Counted from the stretch's first letter, positions 11,720 through 25,300 are shown. The stretch is DNA of 64,000 nt from Mobula birostris (GCF_030028105.1 NC_092378.1:8574762-8638761), one strand, 5' to 3'. A program made the numbers and translations. Notes: generated by a model from the letters alone, not told the origin.

Positions 11720-12352
11720 ATAAAACAGAATCAAAATCAGGTTTAATATCACCAACATATGTCTTGAAATTTGTTGTTATGTGGCAGCAGTACGTTGCAA
11801 CACATAATAGGAAACAATTAATTACTGTAAGTACATATGTTAAACAGTTGAATTCAATAAGTAATGCAAAAGGAGAAGAAGAAGTAATGAGGTTCAATGT
11901 CCATTCAGAAATCTGATGGCAGAGGGGAAGAAGCTGTTCCTGAATCACTGAGTGTGTACCTTCAGGCTCCAGTACCTCCTACCTGATGGTAACAGTGAGA
12001 AAAGGGCACATTCTAGGTGATGGGGGTCTCGATGATGGATGCCGCCTTTTTGAAGCATTGCTCCACGAAGATGGCCTGGATGCTGGGGGAAGCTAATGCC
12101 CATGATAAAGCCGAGTTTATTCCAATCCTGCGCTGTAGCCCCGACCCCTGGTCCATACCAAACAGTGATGCAGCCAGTTAGAATGCTCTCCACAATACAC
12201 CTGTAGAAATTTGTGAGTGCTGTTGGTGACATACCAAATCTCCTCAAACTTCTGATGAAATATAGCCGCTGGTGTGCCCTCTTTGTAGCTGCATTGACAT
12301 GTTGGGCCCAGATTAGATCCTCAGAGATATTGACACACAGGAACTTGAAATT
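11720..12352 (-). mobile_element. Rex1/Babar-type LINE 3' end
   Basis: ORF 11945-12247 RRFGMSPTALTNFYRCIVESILTGCITVWYG plus the ttcaggaacagcttcttcccctctgccatc 3' block and (gattct)n tail. Confidence 0.8.
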
Positions 12353-12849
12353 GCCAGGATTCCTTCCACAGTTTGGACTGCATTGGTGGAAAGAATCTGG
12401 AGATTCACAAAACCAAAAATTCCTTGTACAATTTCCGCATGTACATACCTGGTTTCCAAATGTTCAAAGTTAATTTTATTATTTACATATATAAATCACC
12501 ATATACAACCCTGAGCTTCATTTTCCTGTGGGCATACTCAGCAAATCTATAGAATAGTAACTATAACAGGATCAATGAAAGATCAACCAGACTGCAGAAG
12601 ACAACAAACTGTGCAAGTGTAATTAAATAGTAATAAATGATGAGAACATGAGATAGTGAGATAAAGAGTCCTGAAAGTGACATCATTGGTTGTAGGAACA
12701 TTTCAATAATGGGGCAAGTGTGTAGTTCATGAGCCTGATGGTTGAGAGGTAGTAACTTTGCTGAACATGGTGGTGCAAGTCCTGTGACTCTTCTGCCTTC
12801 TATCTCATGGTAGCAGCGAGAAGGGAGCATGGCCTGGGTGGTGAGGATG

Positions 12850-13136
12850 TCCATCCTCTGGGCTTCCCCCCCACTTTTCCTTCTTCCTGGGCCTCCCATC
12901 CCATGATCCTCTCATATCCCCTTTGCCAATCACCTGTCCAGCTCTTGGCTCCATCCCTCCCCCTCCTGTCTTCTCCTTTCATTTTAGATCTCCCCTCCCC
13001 CTCCCACTTTCAAATCTCTTACTAGCTCTTCCTTCAGTTAGTCCTGACGAAGGGTCTCGGCCCGAAACATCGACTGTACCTCCTCCTAGAGATGCTGCCT
13101 GGCCTGCTGCGTTCACCAGCAACTTTGATGTGTGTT
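12850..13136 (+). mobile_element. Young Penelope pseudo-LTR with hammerhead motif
   Basis: agtcCTGACGAagggtctcggcccGAAAcatcgact at 13040-13075; near-identical to the inverted copy at 28701-29095. Confidence 0.8.
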
Positions 13137-13139
13137 GCT

Positions 13140-14040
13140 GATGGTGGATGCTGCTTTTCTACGACAGTGTTTCATGTGGATGTGCTCAATAATTTGGAGG
13201 GCTTTACCTGTGATGTACTGGGCCTTTTGACAGTACCTTTTGTAGGAATTTCTGTTCAAGGGCATTGGTGTGTCCATACCAGGCCGTGACGCAGCCAGTT
13301 GACGCACTCTCCAGCACACATCTGTCGAAGTTTGTCAGAGATTTAGATGCCATGCTGAACCTTTGCAAACTCCTAATGAAGTCGTGATTTCCCAATTTCA
13401 CTTACATGCTGGGTCAGTACCAAAATCAGAATCAGGTTTAATATCACTGGCATATGTTGTGAAACTTGTCTTTGTGAAAGCAGTACATTGCAATACATAA
13501 TAGAAAAAAAATTCATGTATCACATACATACATATTATATATATGTATAAAATAGTTTAAGTCATGTAAAAAATAAAAAATCAAAAAGTAATGAGGTAGC
13601 GTTCATGCGTTCAATGTCCATTCAGAAATTGGATGGCAGAGGGGAAGAAGCTGTTCCTGAATCGTTGAGTGCGTGCCTTCAGGCTCCTGTACCAGCTCCA
13701 TGGTGGTAGCAGATAGGGCAGGTACTGGGTCATGAGAACAAGATCCAGGACAGATCCTCTGAAATAGTAGCACCCAGGAATTGAAAGATGCCAACCCTCT
13801 CCGGTCTCCATTTATGATCAATGGAGATTGATTATAAAGGCAATAATATTGAAGACGTTGAAGTCTGGGGCAGCAACGTGCTGGGGGGAGGAGAGTGGCT
13901 GAGCACCTCCACTGGGGAGGAAAGGAATTGCTGATGTTTTTGGTCCTGGTGTGGGGTTTGTTGACAGTTTCTCCAGCCGATTGTTTGTTACACATTGAAA
14001 ATGTTGCCTCACCAGATAAGTACTTGAAGTTGTGGAGTAG
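13140..14040 (-). mobile_element. Rex1/Babar-type LINE fragments (nested)
   Basis: ORFs 13204-13401 (LTNFDRCVLES..TGCVTAWYG) and 13611-13811 (RSLKARTQRFRNSFFPSAI). Confidence 0.7.
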
Positions 14041-14744
14041 TGTCATTCTCCAACTTGGTCCGCTCTCTCAAAGATTTAAAGTACATTTATTATCAAAGTA
14101 CGTTTGCAGTATACAGTCCTGAGATTTGTCTTCACCACAGACAGCCACGAAACAAAGAAAACCATTCAAGGGAAAACATCAACACCCCACCACCACCACG
14201 TGCAAAAAAAATTGCACAAAAAGCAACAAAAAAAACACAAGAATATAAAACACAATTTGAAAGAGTCCAGGCATATTCGGTTCAGCTCAGTTTTCATTGC
14301 CTGCAGGCCGGCCTGATTCAAAATCGCCCAAAATAGCAACAAAAAACCCAGTGACCAGAAAGCAGAAACAAATCATTATGTGAACTACAGAGTCCAATCC
14401 ACAAATCAAGTCAATGTACACCAACAACACTCATCATCACGGATTTTCCCCTGCAGTCACATGAAAGGCAAAATTTTCTTTACACCACTTCCCTTCTCAC
14501 TATCCAAAGTCCCCAACACTTCTTCCAGCTGAAGTTACAGTTGGGTTTTTCCAATCTAGTGAACTGCATTCAGTGCTCACAATGAGCTTTAGTGAAGTCA
14601 ATGCAGTTTGGGCGATTGTTTGCAATGCTCAGGTATTTAGTGGACATAAGTGACCCTGAGCTTCTTGCCTGCTATTTTAATTCTCCATCCCACTTTGACA
14701 GTTTAGATTTCAATTTTTTAAATTACATGTTCACTGTAACATCC

Positions 14745-15170
14745 TCCAAGAGGACCACAAACTTGTCGTAGGGTTTGGAGGCTTGCGTGCCTCAGTGACA
14801 TGGAGAACTATGTTGGCTGGAGTCAGGGCTTTATGCTTTGGCCCTTGGTAGGGTCACCCATGCCAAACAAGTCAAAGGGTAGAGGCCAAACTAGAAGTGG
14901 TCCACTGGGCCACTGGTCCTCCAGCTTCAGGGGTTCAGCTCAGGTCTAACAACCCTGAATAGTAAATCGAAATTGTTACGGAAACAGGAATGAAGAATCC
15001 TTCTACACCTGATTGTGGCAGTATTCCTGAGTCTCCACCCAGGAGTTGCATGACTGACAGTGGTGAAAACCGAGAGGAAGCTACCAACATGATGAAGAAA
15101 GCTTTGAACATCGCCAGAGATGGAGGACCTTCATTGCTGCCCTGAATAGCAGTGGAGTAATGGGCAGTGA
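14745..15170 (+). mobile_element. RTE-like non-LTR element 5' part or RTE-derived SINE
   Basis: cttgtcgtagggtttggaggcttgcgtgcctcagtgac...ggtagggtcacccatgccaaac resembles the RTE/Expander 5' UTR; a related inverted copy is at 60590-60730. Confidence 0.5.
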
Positions 15171-15299
15171 CTATTTTTTTAACATAACTATTTAATAGAC
15201 ATATTGTACAGTATAAATACTTAATGTAACTCAGTTACTTTTTCTCTATATTTATTTCATTGTACCGCTGCTATAAAGTTAACAAATTTCATGACATTA

Positions 15300-15960
15300 A
15301 TATTTAGATTAGATTTAGATTATGAGGACACTCAGTCCTCGTTTATTGTCATGTAGTAATGCATGCATTAAGAAATGATACAATGTTCCTCCGGTATGAT
15401 ATCACAGAAACACAACACAGACCAAGACTAAAACTGACAAAAACCACATAATTATAACATATAGTTACAACAGTGCAAAGCAATACCATAATTTGATAAA
15501 GAGCAGATCATGGGCAGGGTAAAAAAAAAAGTCTCAAAGTCCCGATAGCCTCATCATCTCACGCAGACGGTAGAAGGAAAAAAAACTCTCCCTGCCATGA
15601 ACCTCCAGGCACCGTCAACTTGCTGATGCCTTGGAAGCAGCCGACTCTGAGTCCGTCCGAAAACTTCGAGCCTCCGAAACCGAGCACTGAGCACCATCTC
15701 TGCCGAGCGCTTCGATCCCGCCCCGGCCGCCAAGCAACAGGCAAAGCCGAGGATTTGGGGCCTTCCCCTCCGGAGATTCTGGATCACACAGTAGCAGCGG
15801 CAGCGAAACAGGCATTTCAGAAGTTTCACCAGATGTTCCTCCATGCTTCTCACGTCTGTCTCCATCAAATCAGGGTTGTGCACGGCACCCTACTTAGCAA
15901 ATAACAGGTATTCATTCCGGACTGGCCGCTGCGAGCTGCGTCGCATCGCCATCTTCTCTT
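15300..15960 (-). mobile_element. Non-autonomous LINE-derived element (AAGATGGCG 5' end, taaac/aatct tail)
   Basis: Minus strand begins aagatggcgatgcgacgcagc (CpG-rich) and ends gacaataaacgaggactgag...(aatcta)n; a partial copy is at 44665-44725. Confidence 0.5.
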
Positions 15961-16569
15961 CTAAATGATATTAATATTGACATTAATTCTGATTCTGATT
16001 CCGATTCGGAAACACACAGTGAAATATGTCATTTGTGTTCACAACTAACACAACCTCGGATGTGCTGGGGGCAGCACACAAGTGTCAGCATACACTACAG
16101 TGCCAATATACAACAATATGCTCACAGTGGAGCCCCAGTTCAACAACTGGACCCCTGCACTGTAACAAAGCCAACACAAGCTTGAGAAAGAACTTCCTCC
16201 AGGGAGAAGTACGGTCTTCTGGACTCAATATCAAATTCTCCATCTTTAGGTAACTCACTCATTCTTTGTATCAAGGTTTGCCACTTCTTCCTGACCTCAT
16301 TGTGGTTCAATGTTTGTTTTGCTGTTATTTGATTTGGCCTGAATTGTAGGTCCCACAGATTTAATTTAGCAGTACATTATGCAAAGATGCATAATCTGAT
16401 TCCAACTGCTGCATTAACTAAGCTGTTAGTTTGAATAACCTGTATTAATGCTGTGTAAATCTGTAAAAATATTGGTTCAAAACATGCTGTAACTGAGCAA
16501 CAAAGAACTTTGTTAATTAATCCATGATTATTAGATTTACCTTTTCCTGTTTAATGTCAGTACACATTT

Positions 16570-17935
16570 ATAAGCGCATCTCTAATGCCTTCACCATCGT
16601 TTTGGGAGATTTTGACCAGGCCATTCTGAAAAAATCACTAAACAATTACCATCAACAGATAACTTGCAATACCAGAGGAAACAACACACTGGACCATTGC
16701 TACACCACCATCAAGAATGCCTACCGTGCTATTCCACGCCCTCACTTCGGGAAGTCTGATCACCTGGCTGTACTTCTACTCCCTGAGTACAGGCAGAGAC
16801 TGAAGACTGCAGCACCAGCAGTGAGGACCAAGAAGGTATGGACAAGGGAAGCACAGGAGCGCCTACAGGACTGCTTTGAATAGGTGGACTGGACTGTATT
16901 CAGGGATTCATCTTCGAATCTGGATGAGCATGCTGCAGTTGTTACCGACTTCCTTAAAACCTGTGTGGATGAGTGTGTGCCTACAAAGACTTACTGTACA
17001 TTCCCAAACCAAAAGCCATGGATGAACCAGGAGGTACGTCATCTGCTGAAGGCTAGATCTGTGGCATTCAATGCTGATGACACAGGTCTGTACCAGAAAA
17101 CCAGGTATGATTTGCGGCGGGCTATTTCAAGGGCTAAGCGACGATTTCGAACGAGGTTGGAGGTGACATCGGATGCTTGGCAATTCTGGCAGGGTTTGCA
17201 AGACATTACTTCCTACAAAGCAAAACCCAATAGGATAAATGGCAGTGATGCTTCACTACCAGATGAACTCAACGTCTTCTATGCCCGCTTTGAAAGGGAG
17301 AACACAACTACAGCTGTGAAGATCCCTGCTGCACCTGATGACCTTGTGATCTCTGTCTCAGAGGCCAATGTTAGGCTGTCTTTAAAGAAGTTGAACCCTC
17401 ACAAGGTGGAAGGTCCCGATGGAATACCTGGTAAGGCTCTGAAAACTTGTGCCAACCAACTGGCGGGAGTATTCAAGGACATTTTCAACCACTCACTGCT
17501 ATGGGAGGAAGTTCCCACTTGCTTCAAAAAGGCAACAATTTGCCTAAGAAGAATAACGTGAGCTGCCTTAATGACTATCGCCCAGTAGCACTCACATCTA
17601 CAGTGATGCAATGCTTTGAGAGGTTGGTCATGACCAGACTGAACTCTTGCCTCAGCAAGGACCTGGACCCATTGCAATTTACCTATCGCCACAATAGGTC
17701 AACGGCAGATGCAATCTCAATGGCTCTTCACACAGTCTTAGACCACTTGGACAATACAAACACTTATGTCAGGATGCTGTTTGTCGACTATAGCTCAGCA
17801 TTTAATACCATCATTCCCACAATCTTGATTGAGAAGTTGCAAAACCTGGGCCTCTGTACCTCCCTCTGCAATTGGATCCTCGACTTCAAACCAGAAGACC
17901 ACAATCAGTGCGGATTGGTGATAATATCTCCTCTT
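16570..17935 (+). mobile_element. Rex1/Babar LINE, APE endonuclease C-terminus and RT N-half, disrupted
   Basis: ORFs 16524-16883 (LGDFDQA...TRGNNTLDHCY...GKSDH), 16884-17561 and 17447-17995 ([11 protein letters not shown]...DPLQF.YR.NRST.DAI...[13 protein letters not shown]), with one stop and frameshifts. Truncated at ~17935. Confidence 0.9.
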
Positions 17936-18896
17936 CAGCCAGGAGTAGATGTCATCAGGTGGTTCCCAACCTTCATAGAGTGTTTCGACCCTTAACCACG
18001 ACACTCTCCAGTTGGTGGGCCGGCAGTGCTGGCCAAATCACTGCCCTTCTGCTCCTGGCTTCCAGCTTCCCTCCTCTCGCCTACTCCAAATCCAACAAGA
18101 GCCTCGTTCTGCCTCTTCCCCCATCCTATGAGCTGTTTGCTTTTTGCTCCTTTCGTCCAGGCCCAGATCTGACAACATCCGCCATGCTAGTTTGGCTGGG
18201 AAACCTCTGCAGCCGATCTCCACAGGGAACAACCATGCCTGCCATCCCTTGTCTTTACACTCCTGCACTAAGGGCTGGTACTTCAAGGCCTTTCTCTCGT
18301 GGGCCTCTTCCCATCCCTCCTCCCATGGCACAGTCAGCTCAACCAGAATTATTTTCTTGTCTTCGGTTGACCGCAGTACAATGTCTGGGCGTAGTGTTGT
18401 GTGCACCACATCCCGGAACTGCAACTTCCTTCCCACATCGACCCTCATCTCCCAGGCCGTTAGCAGCAGCTTGGGCTTTGGTTGTTTGGTTATGAAAGGC
18501 CTGGCTCCCTCTTTGATGAAGGTGATGGCCTTCCTCAAATCTGTGCCAGCCGTCATCTTCTTGCATCTTTCCTGCTCTCGTGTGTCAGCAAGAGCCAGAA
18601 GCACCTTATCATGGCGCCACCTATACCGTCCTTGAGTTAGAGCTGTTTTACACCTGGACAGTATATGAGCCAGTGATCCCTTTTGACCACAGAGCTTACA
18701 GTACGGGTCCTCTCTCATCCTCCATGTGTACAGATGTAATGGTGAAGGAAGGGTGTCATACACAGATCGCAAGAGGAAGGAAATATGGAAGGGCTCCAGT
18801 CTCCATAACTCTGCCCATGAGATCTTGCGCTTGGGCAGATCCCATTTTGTCCAGGCACCCTGGAACCCTTGTTCCACTGCCTTCGACATTGCGTTT
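17936..18896 (-). mobile_element. 3' fragment of an RLE-type non-LTR retrotransposon (R2 group, Hero-like)
   Basis: The C-terminal part of ORF 18038-19192 has a CCHC knuckle (CKLCGQKGSLAHILSRC), WRHDKVL, and a restriction-like endonuclease RPDIVL...VELTVPWEE...ERKALKY...PVEIGCRGF, followed by a short 3' UTR. Confidence 0.85.
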
Positions 18897-19520
18897 TCCC
18901 ACCTCTCCTGGAAGTTCCAAGAGTCTCCCGCATATTGATAGTGGCTCCCTGACGCCCGGAAATTATGTACAATATCCTGGAAATCAATGTTTTTTGAGAG
19001 CGAGAGCGAGCATCCTGATTGGTCTCTCTTCATGCTAAGTAGACCTATCAATTTTCTCTGGAGGCGGGCTTTACGGTCAACCTCAAAAATAATGTGTGTT
19101 GCTCGCTGCACTGTTTGCAACAGTGACTTTTCTATTGCCCATGGTGGGTTAAAATGTAAAAGACATGTTGAGGTGAGTTTAACAGGTGTCATTCATTCCT
19201 TAGCATAGCTAACGTTATTTAAACTAGCTGGCTAGCTGCTAAGGAGCTACTCTATTGATGTCCTACGTGATGAGGCCAAACTCCCTGTAGACTTGCTTAA
19301 AGTTGTGATAGAATAAACATGATAATATATAAGTACATATTTTAATGTCACATTTTCTGCATATACCCAACTTGGTTTACAGATTAGGCAAAATCACTAA
19401 ACAAAGTATTACATACACCCTTGGAGGTCGACCGGGCGGGGGTGGCGGGCAGGATATGGGGATGCGGGGGGGCGGGGGGGCTACCTTCCCGAAATGAGTT
19501 TTTGCAGGGTGGAATGTCTG
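18897..19520 (+). mobile_element. Non-autonomous hAT-like DNA transposon
   Basis: Contains a BED/TTF-like zinc-finger relic ARCTVCNSDFSIAHGG..CKRH (ORF 18987-19208). Right end gggtggaatgtctg; the left end cccacc looks like a truncated copy of that terminal inverted repeat. Confidence 0.6.
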
Positions 19521-22179
19521 CAGTAACAAACTTTCATCTTTCCCAATCAGATTCATAACTGAAATTAACAGCAAGCAACGAGAAGGTTGTGTAAATCAGT
19601 TGCCAAACCAGCAATGCGAAGAGAACTAACTGATGTTTTGGTTGCAACCCTGCATTAGGACTGAGTCTTCACGCTCCCAAGGTTAATAATCAGAACCGGA
19701 GAGTTTAATTGTGAAAAATATCTTAACAACATTTGTGGGAAGTTTACACCAATTCCATTCAAATTTAGAGGCTTTGAAGCATTTCTTGCAGCCCAAACCC
19801 TGCAACAGGTATAATGCATCTGAGTGGGGAGCACTAATCTTGCATTGGGTTCAATCAGACCTAAACTGATCTGGGATCCAAAAGTTAATTTCCCCATGTT
19901 GTCCAAGACTGAATTCCACCAACTTGATTCCATGTGGGATGCCAGTAGATTCGATATCTGATGATTTGACTCAGCATTTGTGAAAGTGCAGACCTGAAGA
20001 AGGGTCTCGGCCTGAAACGTCGACTATTCATTCCTTTCCATAGATGCTGCCTTGGATTTCCAGCATTTGCATACTTCCTAGTGTCTGTGCTAGACTTTCA
20101 TGCTCGGTTGGGTGCCCGGCCTCTCCAGTGTGTGCTGCCCTCGAATGGTCAATTGGTGGAATGGCAAGCTAGATCGCATTCATTTGTGGACTGCCAGAAA
20201 CCACACTTGTACTATTTACTGGTTTTTTTCTTTGTGTGACTGTACGTGTGCTCGCTATCTTGAATGTGCGGTGTACATTTTGCACCTTGGCCCCAGAGGA
20301 ACACTGTTTCATTCGACTGTATTCATATATGGTTGAATGATAATTAAACTTGAATTTGACTTGCTTTTATTTTGAAGGATAATAGCTGATTATTCAGTTT
20401 GGAACAACAGGCATTAAAGAACAAATCCAGGTCGTAGGTTAACAGAAAGTACATGGGCAGTAATGTTAAAGAGTAACTTCTAAAGGAAACTTAAAGTCGC
20501 AGTATAAAAATTCAGCATTAATCAGCTTGATTTCTGATTGACAGTCTCAAGCAAAATTAATTGTGTACTATTCTGCCATTTTTGTACTAATTCCTTCTTT
20601 GTCTAATAGTTTAATTAACTTCAAACTTCAAATTATCAGTTAAATTACTGGGTGGCTCCTGTTGTTAGAACCGCATTCTCCAGGCATTGCAGTGTTTCGA
20701 CGTTCTCATCAATCATCATGTGCCATGTCGTATGACACGAGTGATCATGGATGACTGTGCACAAGTAAGAGAAAATCTGCTGATGCTGGAAATTCAAAGC
20801 AACACACACAAAATGCTGGAGGAACTCAATGGGCCAGGCACACCATCTACGGAGAAAAGTACAGCCGACGTTTCAGGCTGAAATGCTTGTTCTTGGCAGA
20901 ATTTCTACAGAAGCGGTTTGCCATTGCCTTCTTCTGGGCTGAGTCTTTACATGGCAGGTGACCAAACCCCCCCCCCCCCCCCAGCCATTATCAATACTCT
21001 TCAGAGATTGTCTGCCTGGCATCCTGGCATCGGTGGTCGCATAACCAAGACTTGTGATATGCACCAGCTGCTCATACAACTGTCCACCACCTGCTCTCAT
21101 GGCTTCACGTGACGCTGATCAGGGGTGGGGGCTAAGCAGGTGATACACCTTGCCCAGGTGCTGGCCAGAAAAATGCAAGTAGTGGATTTGATGAATCAAG
21201 AACAGGGGAGGCAGACAAACCAGTTGACTTTGCTTCCCCTCATTTTGTGGACTCTGAACGGATTCTTGACCTGGGACAATCTAATCAGAGCAATTGAATG
21301 TGGACACAAGGAACTTCAGGCTGAACCTGAGACCATTCTCAGAGGAGTAGCTACTTATTAAGTAAAATGCCAGAAGCAATCTGTAATCTCGTTAGACTCT
21401 GGCTGGGTTGCCTCATTTAACTGGTCCGGACGAGTCGGAGTGTAAAGGCACAAATGGGATGGAGATCCACCAGTTGAATTGATGAGGAACACTGTCAGGG
21501 TCAGGAGCTCCAAATACGCAGGAGCGATAACCCTCCAGCAACCAGAGAGAGCAACCATCGCGGATAAGGAGGACCCCACAGACACATGGAGATCGGGACC
21601 ATGAGGGACGCCTGGCCAGCATTCCCAGGTAGTACCTTTTCCCTTCACTGACTGTTCATGGAGGGTCAGGGATTCTAGCAGGGTGCATACAGGTAGATGG
21701 TTTGTGAACCCATTTGCTTTTTAATTGAAACAATAGAAGTTACTTGTCAGTAAATACAGGTTCTCCATGCCTCACTGATCATTATTACAAGGGGTGATTC
21801 TTGTAACACAAGGGTGACCTGCAGGCTAGCAGAGGGAAGGAGCATCTTACACCTACATTGGTAGAGGCATACCTCCACCCCACCATCCATCATCCTAGAT
21901 TAAGTGCCTCAAAAATCTGCGGAAGTGTTTAAAATATTTAAATATAATCTCGTACAATCTCAACCAAGGCTAACAGCCAAATCAAATCCATAGCAATCAT
22001 GGATTTTAATGGAGGGGAATAATTCACAGAAGATCCTGATCAAATTAAATCCTTCAACTGATAACTCACTGATCCTGATTTGTGATGTCTATAAACAGAC
22101 TGCTGGATCTCAGAAATAATTCATTAGCTGTGAATTACTTGGAATCAGGGAGGATTTTGTACAATGTTTCAATGGGTCT

Positions 22180-22580
22180 TTATTCTTTGGAATGTAGAAG
22201 GTTGGGGGGGGGACTTGATAGAGGCATTTAAAATTATGAGAGGGATAGATAGAGTTGACGTGGCTAGGCTTTTTCCATTGAGAGTGGGGGAGATTCAAAC
22301 AGGAGGACATGAGTTGAGAGTTAAAGGGCAAAAGTTTAGGGGTAACATGAGGGGGAACTTCTTTACTCAGAGAGTGGTAGCTGTGTGGAACGAGCTTCCA
22401 GCAGAAGTGGTTGAGGCAGGTTCGATGTTGTCATTTAAAGTTAAACTGGACAGCTATATGGACAGGAAAGGAATGGAGGGTTACGGGCTGAGTGCAGGTC
22501 GGTGGGACTAGGTGAGAGTAAGAGTTCGGCACGGACTAGAAGGGCCGAGATGGCCTGTTTCCATGCTGTAGTTGTTATAT
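22180..22580 (+). mobile_element. CR1-like LINE 3' end
   Basis: ORF GDLIEAFKIMRGIDRVD...RGNFFTQRVVAVWNELP. Confidence 0.9.
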
Positions 22581-24225
22581 GGTTATATGTGACTTATCCA
22601 TTCCTGCAATAAAAATATAATCCTTCAACCTGATGGTATGGGTATCGATTTCTCCTGCCATTGAACAAAATTTCTTCAGCTGTCCTCCTTCATCTATTCC
22701 CTACTCTGACTTTTCACTTCTTCTCACCTGCTGACCACCCCCACCTGGGTCCCCTCTTCCTTCCCTTTCTCCCATGGTCCACTCTTCTCTCCTATCAGAT
22801 TCCTTCCTCTCCAGCTTTTGATCTTTCCCACCCACCTGGCTTCACCTATCACCTCCCAGCTCGCCTTCTTCCCCTCCCCCCACCTTTTTATTCTGGGGGG
22901 CTTCCCTTTCCTTTCCAGTCCTGAAGAAGGGTCTTTGTTGACTCTTTTCCATAGATGCTGCCTGACTTGCTGATTTCCTCTACCATTTTGTGTGTGTTAC
23001 AAAAATATGATTTCCTTTAAAGGGCACAGCAAGTGCAGAATAAGCCGACGATGATTCCCAGCTTTACACTGTGGCCTGCTTTTCGGGTGATTTATTCTGC
23101 ACCAAATTTCTCTATAAAACCACTCCTGATGTCGTGGGTGGCATGAGTCCTGAAGTTGATAGCATCTCTTGTGAGTGCCTTTTAAATTCACTGTACAACA
23201 TCCTGTCTGATCCCGTGTCAGCCTCAATTAACAAGTTATAAATATCCAAAGTGAAAAACAGCAAGACTCCTGGAACATATGTTATCCTGATGAATATCAA
23301 ACACAGGGTGTTAGAATTCAGTCAAATTATTAACCTTATTCCGGTCTATTCCCTTTCCAGTGAACATCGGAAATTGCAAAGTCAATGGTTCAATTTAATA
23401 TCAAAGAGTATATACGGTATGCAGCCTGAAACTCTTACTCTTTGCAGACATCCACAAAACAGAATAAAACCCCAAAGAATGAAAGATAGAAATATCAAAG
23501 TACATTTATTATCGAAGTATGTATAAATTATACAACCTTGAGATTCGTCTCCTTACAGGCAGCCACAAGTCAAGAAACCTGAAAGAACCCAATTAGAATA
23601 AAGACCAGCACCTAATGTGCAGAGAAAGAGAGAAAAAAACACAAATCATGCAAACAGTAAAAGTCAACAACGGCATTCTGAACCAAACTGACTCTGTAGA
23701 CCGGAATCCCGAAGCAGCAGCAGCAGGCCTATAGCCTTGGTCTCAGTTCATTATATAGTGGGGCAAGTCTTCACAGCTCACAGACACAAACTGCATAGCA
23801 GCAGGAGCTTGGTGCCAAGGAGACAGGAGTGAACATCATGGAAAAGCAAGTGGAATCGGCCCAGCCTTTGCTTCCATACAAGCCAGAACGATCTCCACTA
23901 TACCTCTATAGACATTTGCAAGAGTCTTGTGGACGTACCAAATCTCACTATCACCAGAGGGAAATGGTTTAAGGATCTTCATGGCCTCCTTGTGAAAGGG
24001 CAACATGCCACACGCGGTGGGAATTCCTGACCCGAGACATCTCAGAATGGAGAGAGGGCAACCAGTTTGCACTAATGGAGGCATAAGGGACCACACATTA
24101 AAATTCACAGCTTTTCGCTGGGAGTGAACCACTCTCATATTGACTCTACCTCATGCCTCACTTGTGCATCCTGCGTGAGCCGCAGTAGGTGCCTCAGAAT
24201 CTACCCTGAGCCCACAATGCCAATG

Positions 24226-25040
24226 TGGTTACAAAGAAGGCATGACAATGGCTATATTTCATTAGGAGTTTGAGGAGATTTGGTATGTCACCAAAGACAC
24301 TCAAAAATTTCTACAGCTGTGCCGTCGAGAGCATTCTAACTGGCTTGGGGTTGGGGTGCTACTGCAGAGAATCGGAAAAATCTGCAGAGAGTTGTAAATT
24401 TAGTCAGCTCCTTTGCTATGAGCCTCCGTCGTATCCAGGACATCTTCAAGGAGCAATGCCTCAGAAGGTGAATATCAGACAATAAAATAAAAATGAAATT
24501 GAAATGAAATGAAAAGGCGTCATCCATTATTAAGGACCCATACCACCCAGGTCAATAGACAATAGGTGCAGGAGTAGGCCATTCGGCCCTTCGAGCCAGC
24601 ACCGCCTTTCACTGTGATCATGGCTGATCATCCACAATCAGTTCCTGCCTTATCCCCATAACCTTTGATTCCGCTATCTTTAAGAGCTCTATCCATCTCT
24701 TTCTTGAAAGCATCCAGAGACTTGGCTTCCACTGCCTTCTGTTCATGACCTTTTTGCATTGTTACCATCAGGAAGGAGCCTGAAGACACACACTCAATGA
24801 TTCAGGAACGGCAACTTACCCTCTGCCTTCTGATTACTGAATGGACATTGAACCCATTCTATTTTCGCACTGCTTATTTCATTTACTATTAGATATATTT
24901 ATTGGTGCAAAGATATATATTTATTATGATGTATTGCATAGATAAAGATATATATTTATTATGATGTATTGCATTGCACTGCTGCCGCAAAGACGCCAAA
25001 TTTCACAACATATGCCGGTGATATTAAACCTCGCTTCTGA
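24226..25040 (+). mobile_element. Rex1/Babar LINE 3' end (interrupted by a CR1 tail at ~24555-24740), ending just upstream of the TMEM19 promoter
   Basis: RRFGMSPKTLKNFYSCAVESILTG and the typical 3' block ending ggtgatattaaacct. Confidence 0.7.
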
Positions 25041-25044
25041 TTTG

Positions 25045-25300
25045 GATCCGGCGGGCAAACGCACTGCCTGCGTTGCACTGCCCAGCCTGAGGAGGGCGCC
25101 CTGTCGGTCCTCCCAGGAGCTCTGGCTGCCGGAAGTTGCCGGTGCTTGTTCCGGGGTTCAACGCGATTGGAGCAGGAGGGGGATGAAATCAATGCTGATG
25201 AGCGGAGGCTGGACCTAATCTTCCGCATCAAAAGCCGTTTGGCCTCTGACGGTGAGAAAAAAAATGGTAATGTTCCCGCAGAGTGGCACACGCAGAGGTA
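25045..25300 (+). promoter_or_regulatory. TMEM19 CpG-rich promoter/5' region
   Basis: ETS/GABP site CCGGAAGT at 25129-25136, inverted CCAAT (ATTGG) at 25166-25170, CpG enrichment just upstream of the first coding exon. Confidence 0.6.

Noticed and set aside
18038-19192. 384-aa ORF as a novel host gene
   Set aside because: It is the antisense of a hAT relic fused in frame to an RLE retrotransposon fragment; no promoter or splice structure.
21155-21808. Possible LTR fragment inserted in a SINE (ends ...cttgtaaca)
   Set aside because: Only one plausible terminus and no TSD; cannot be classified.
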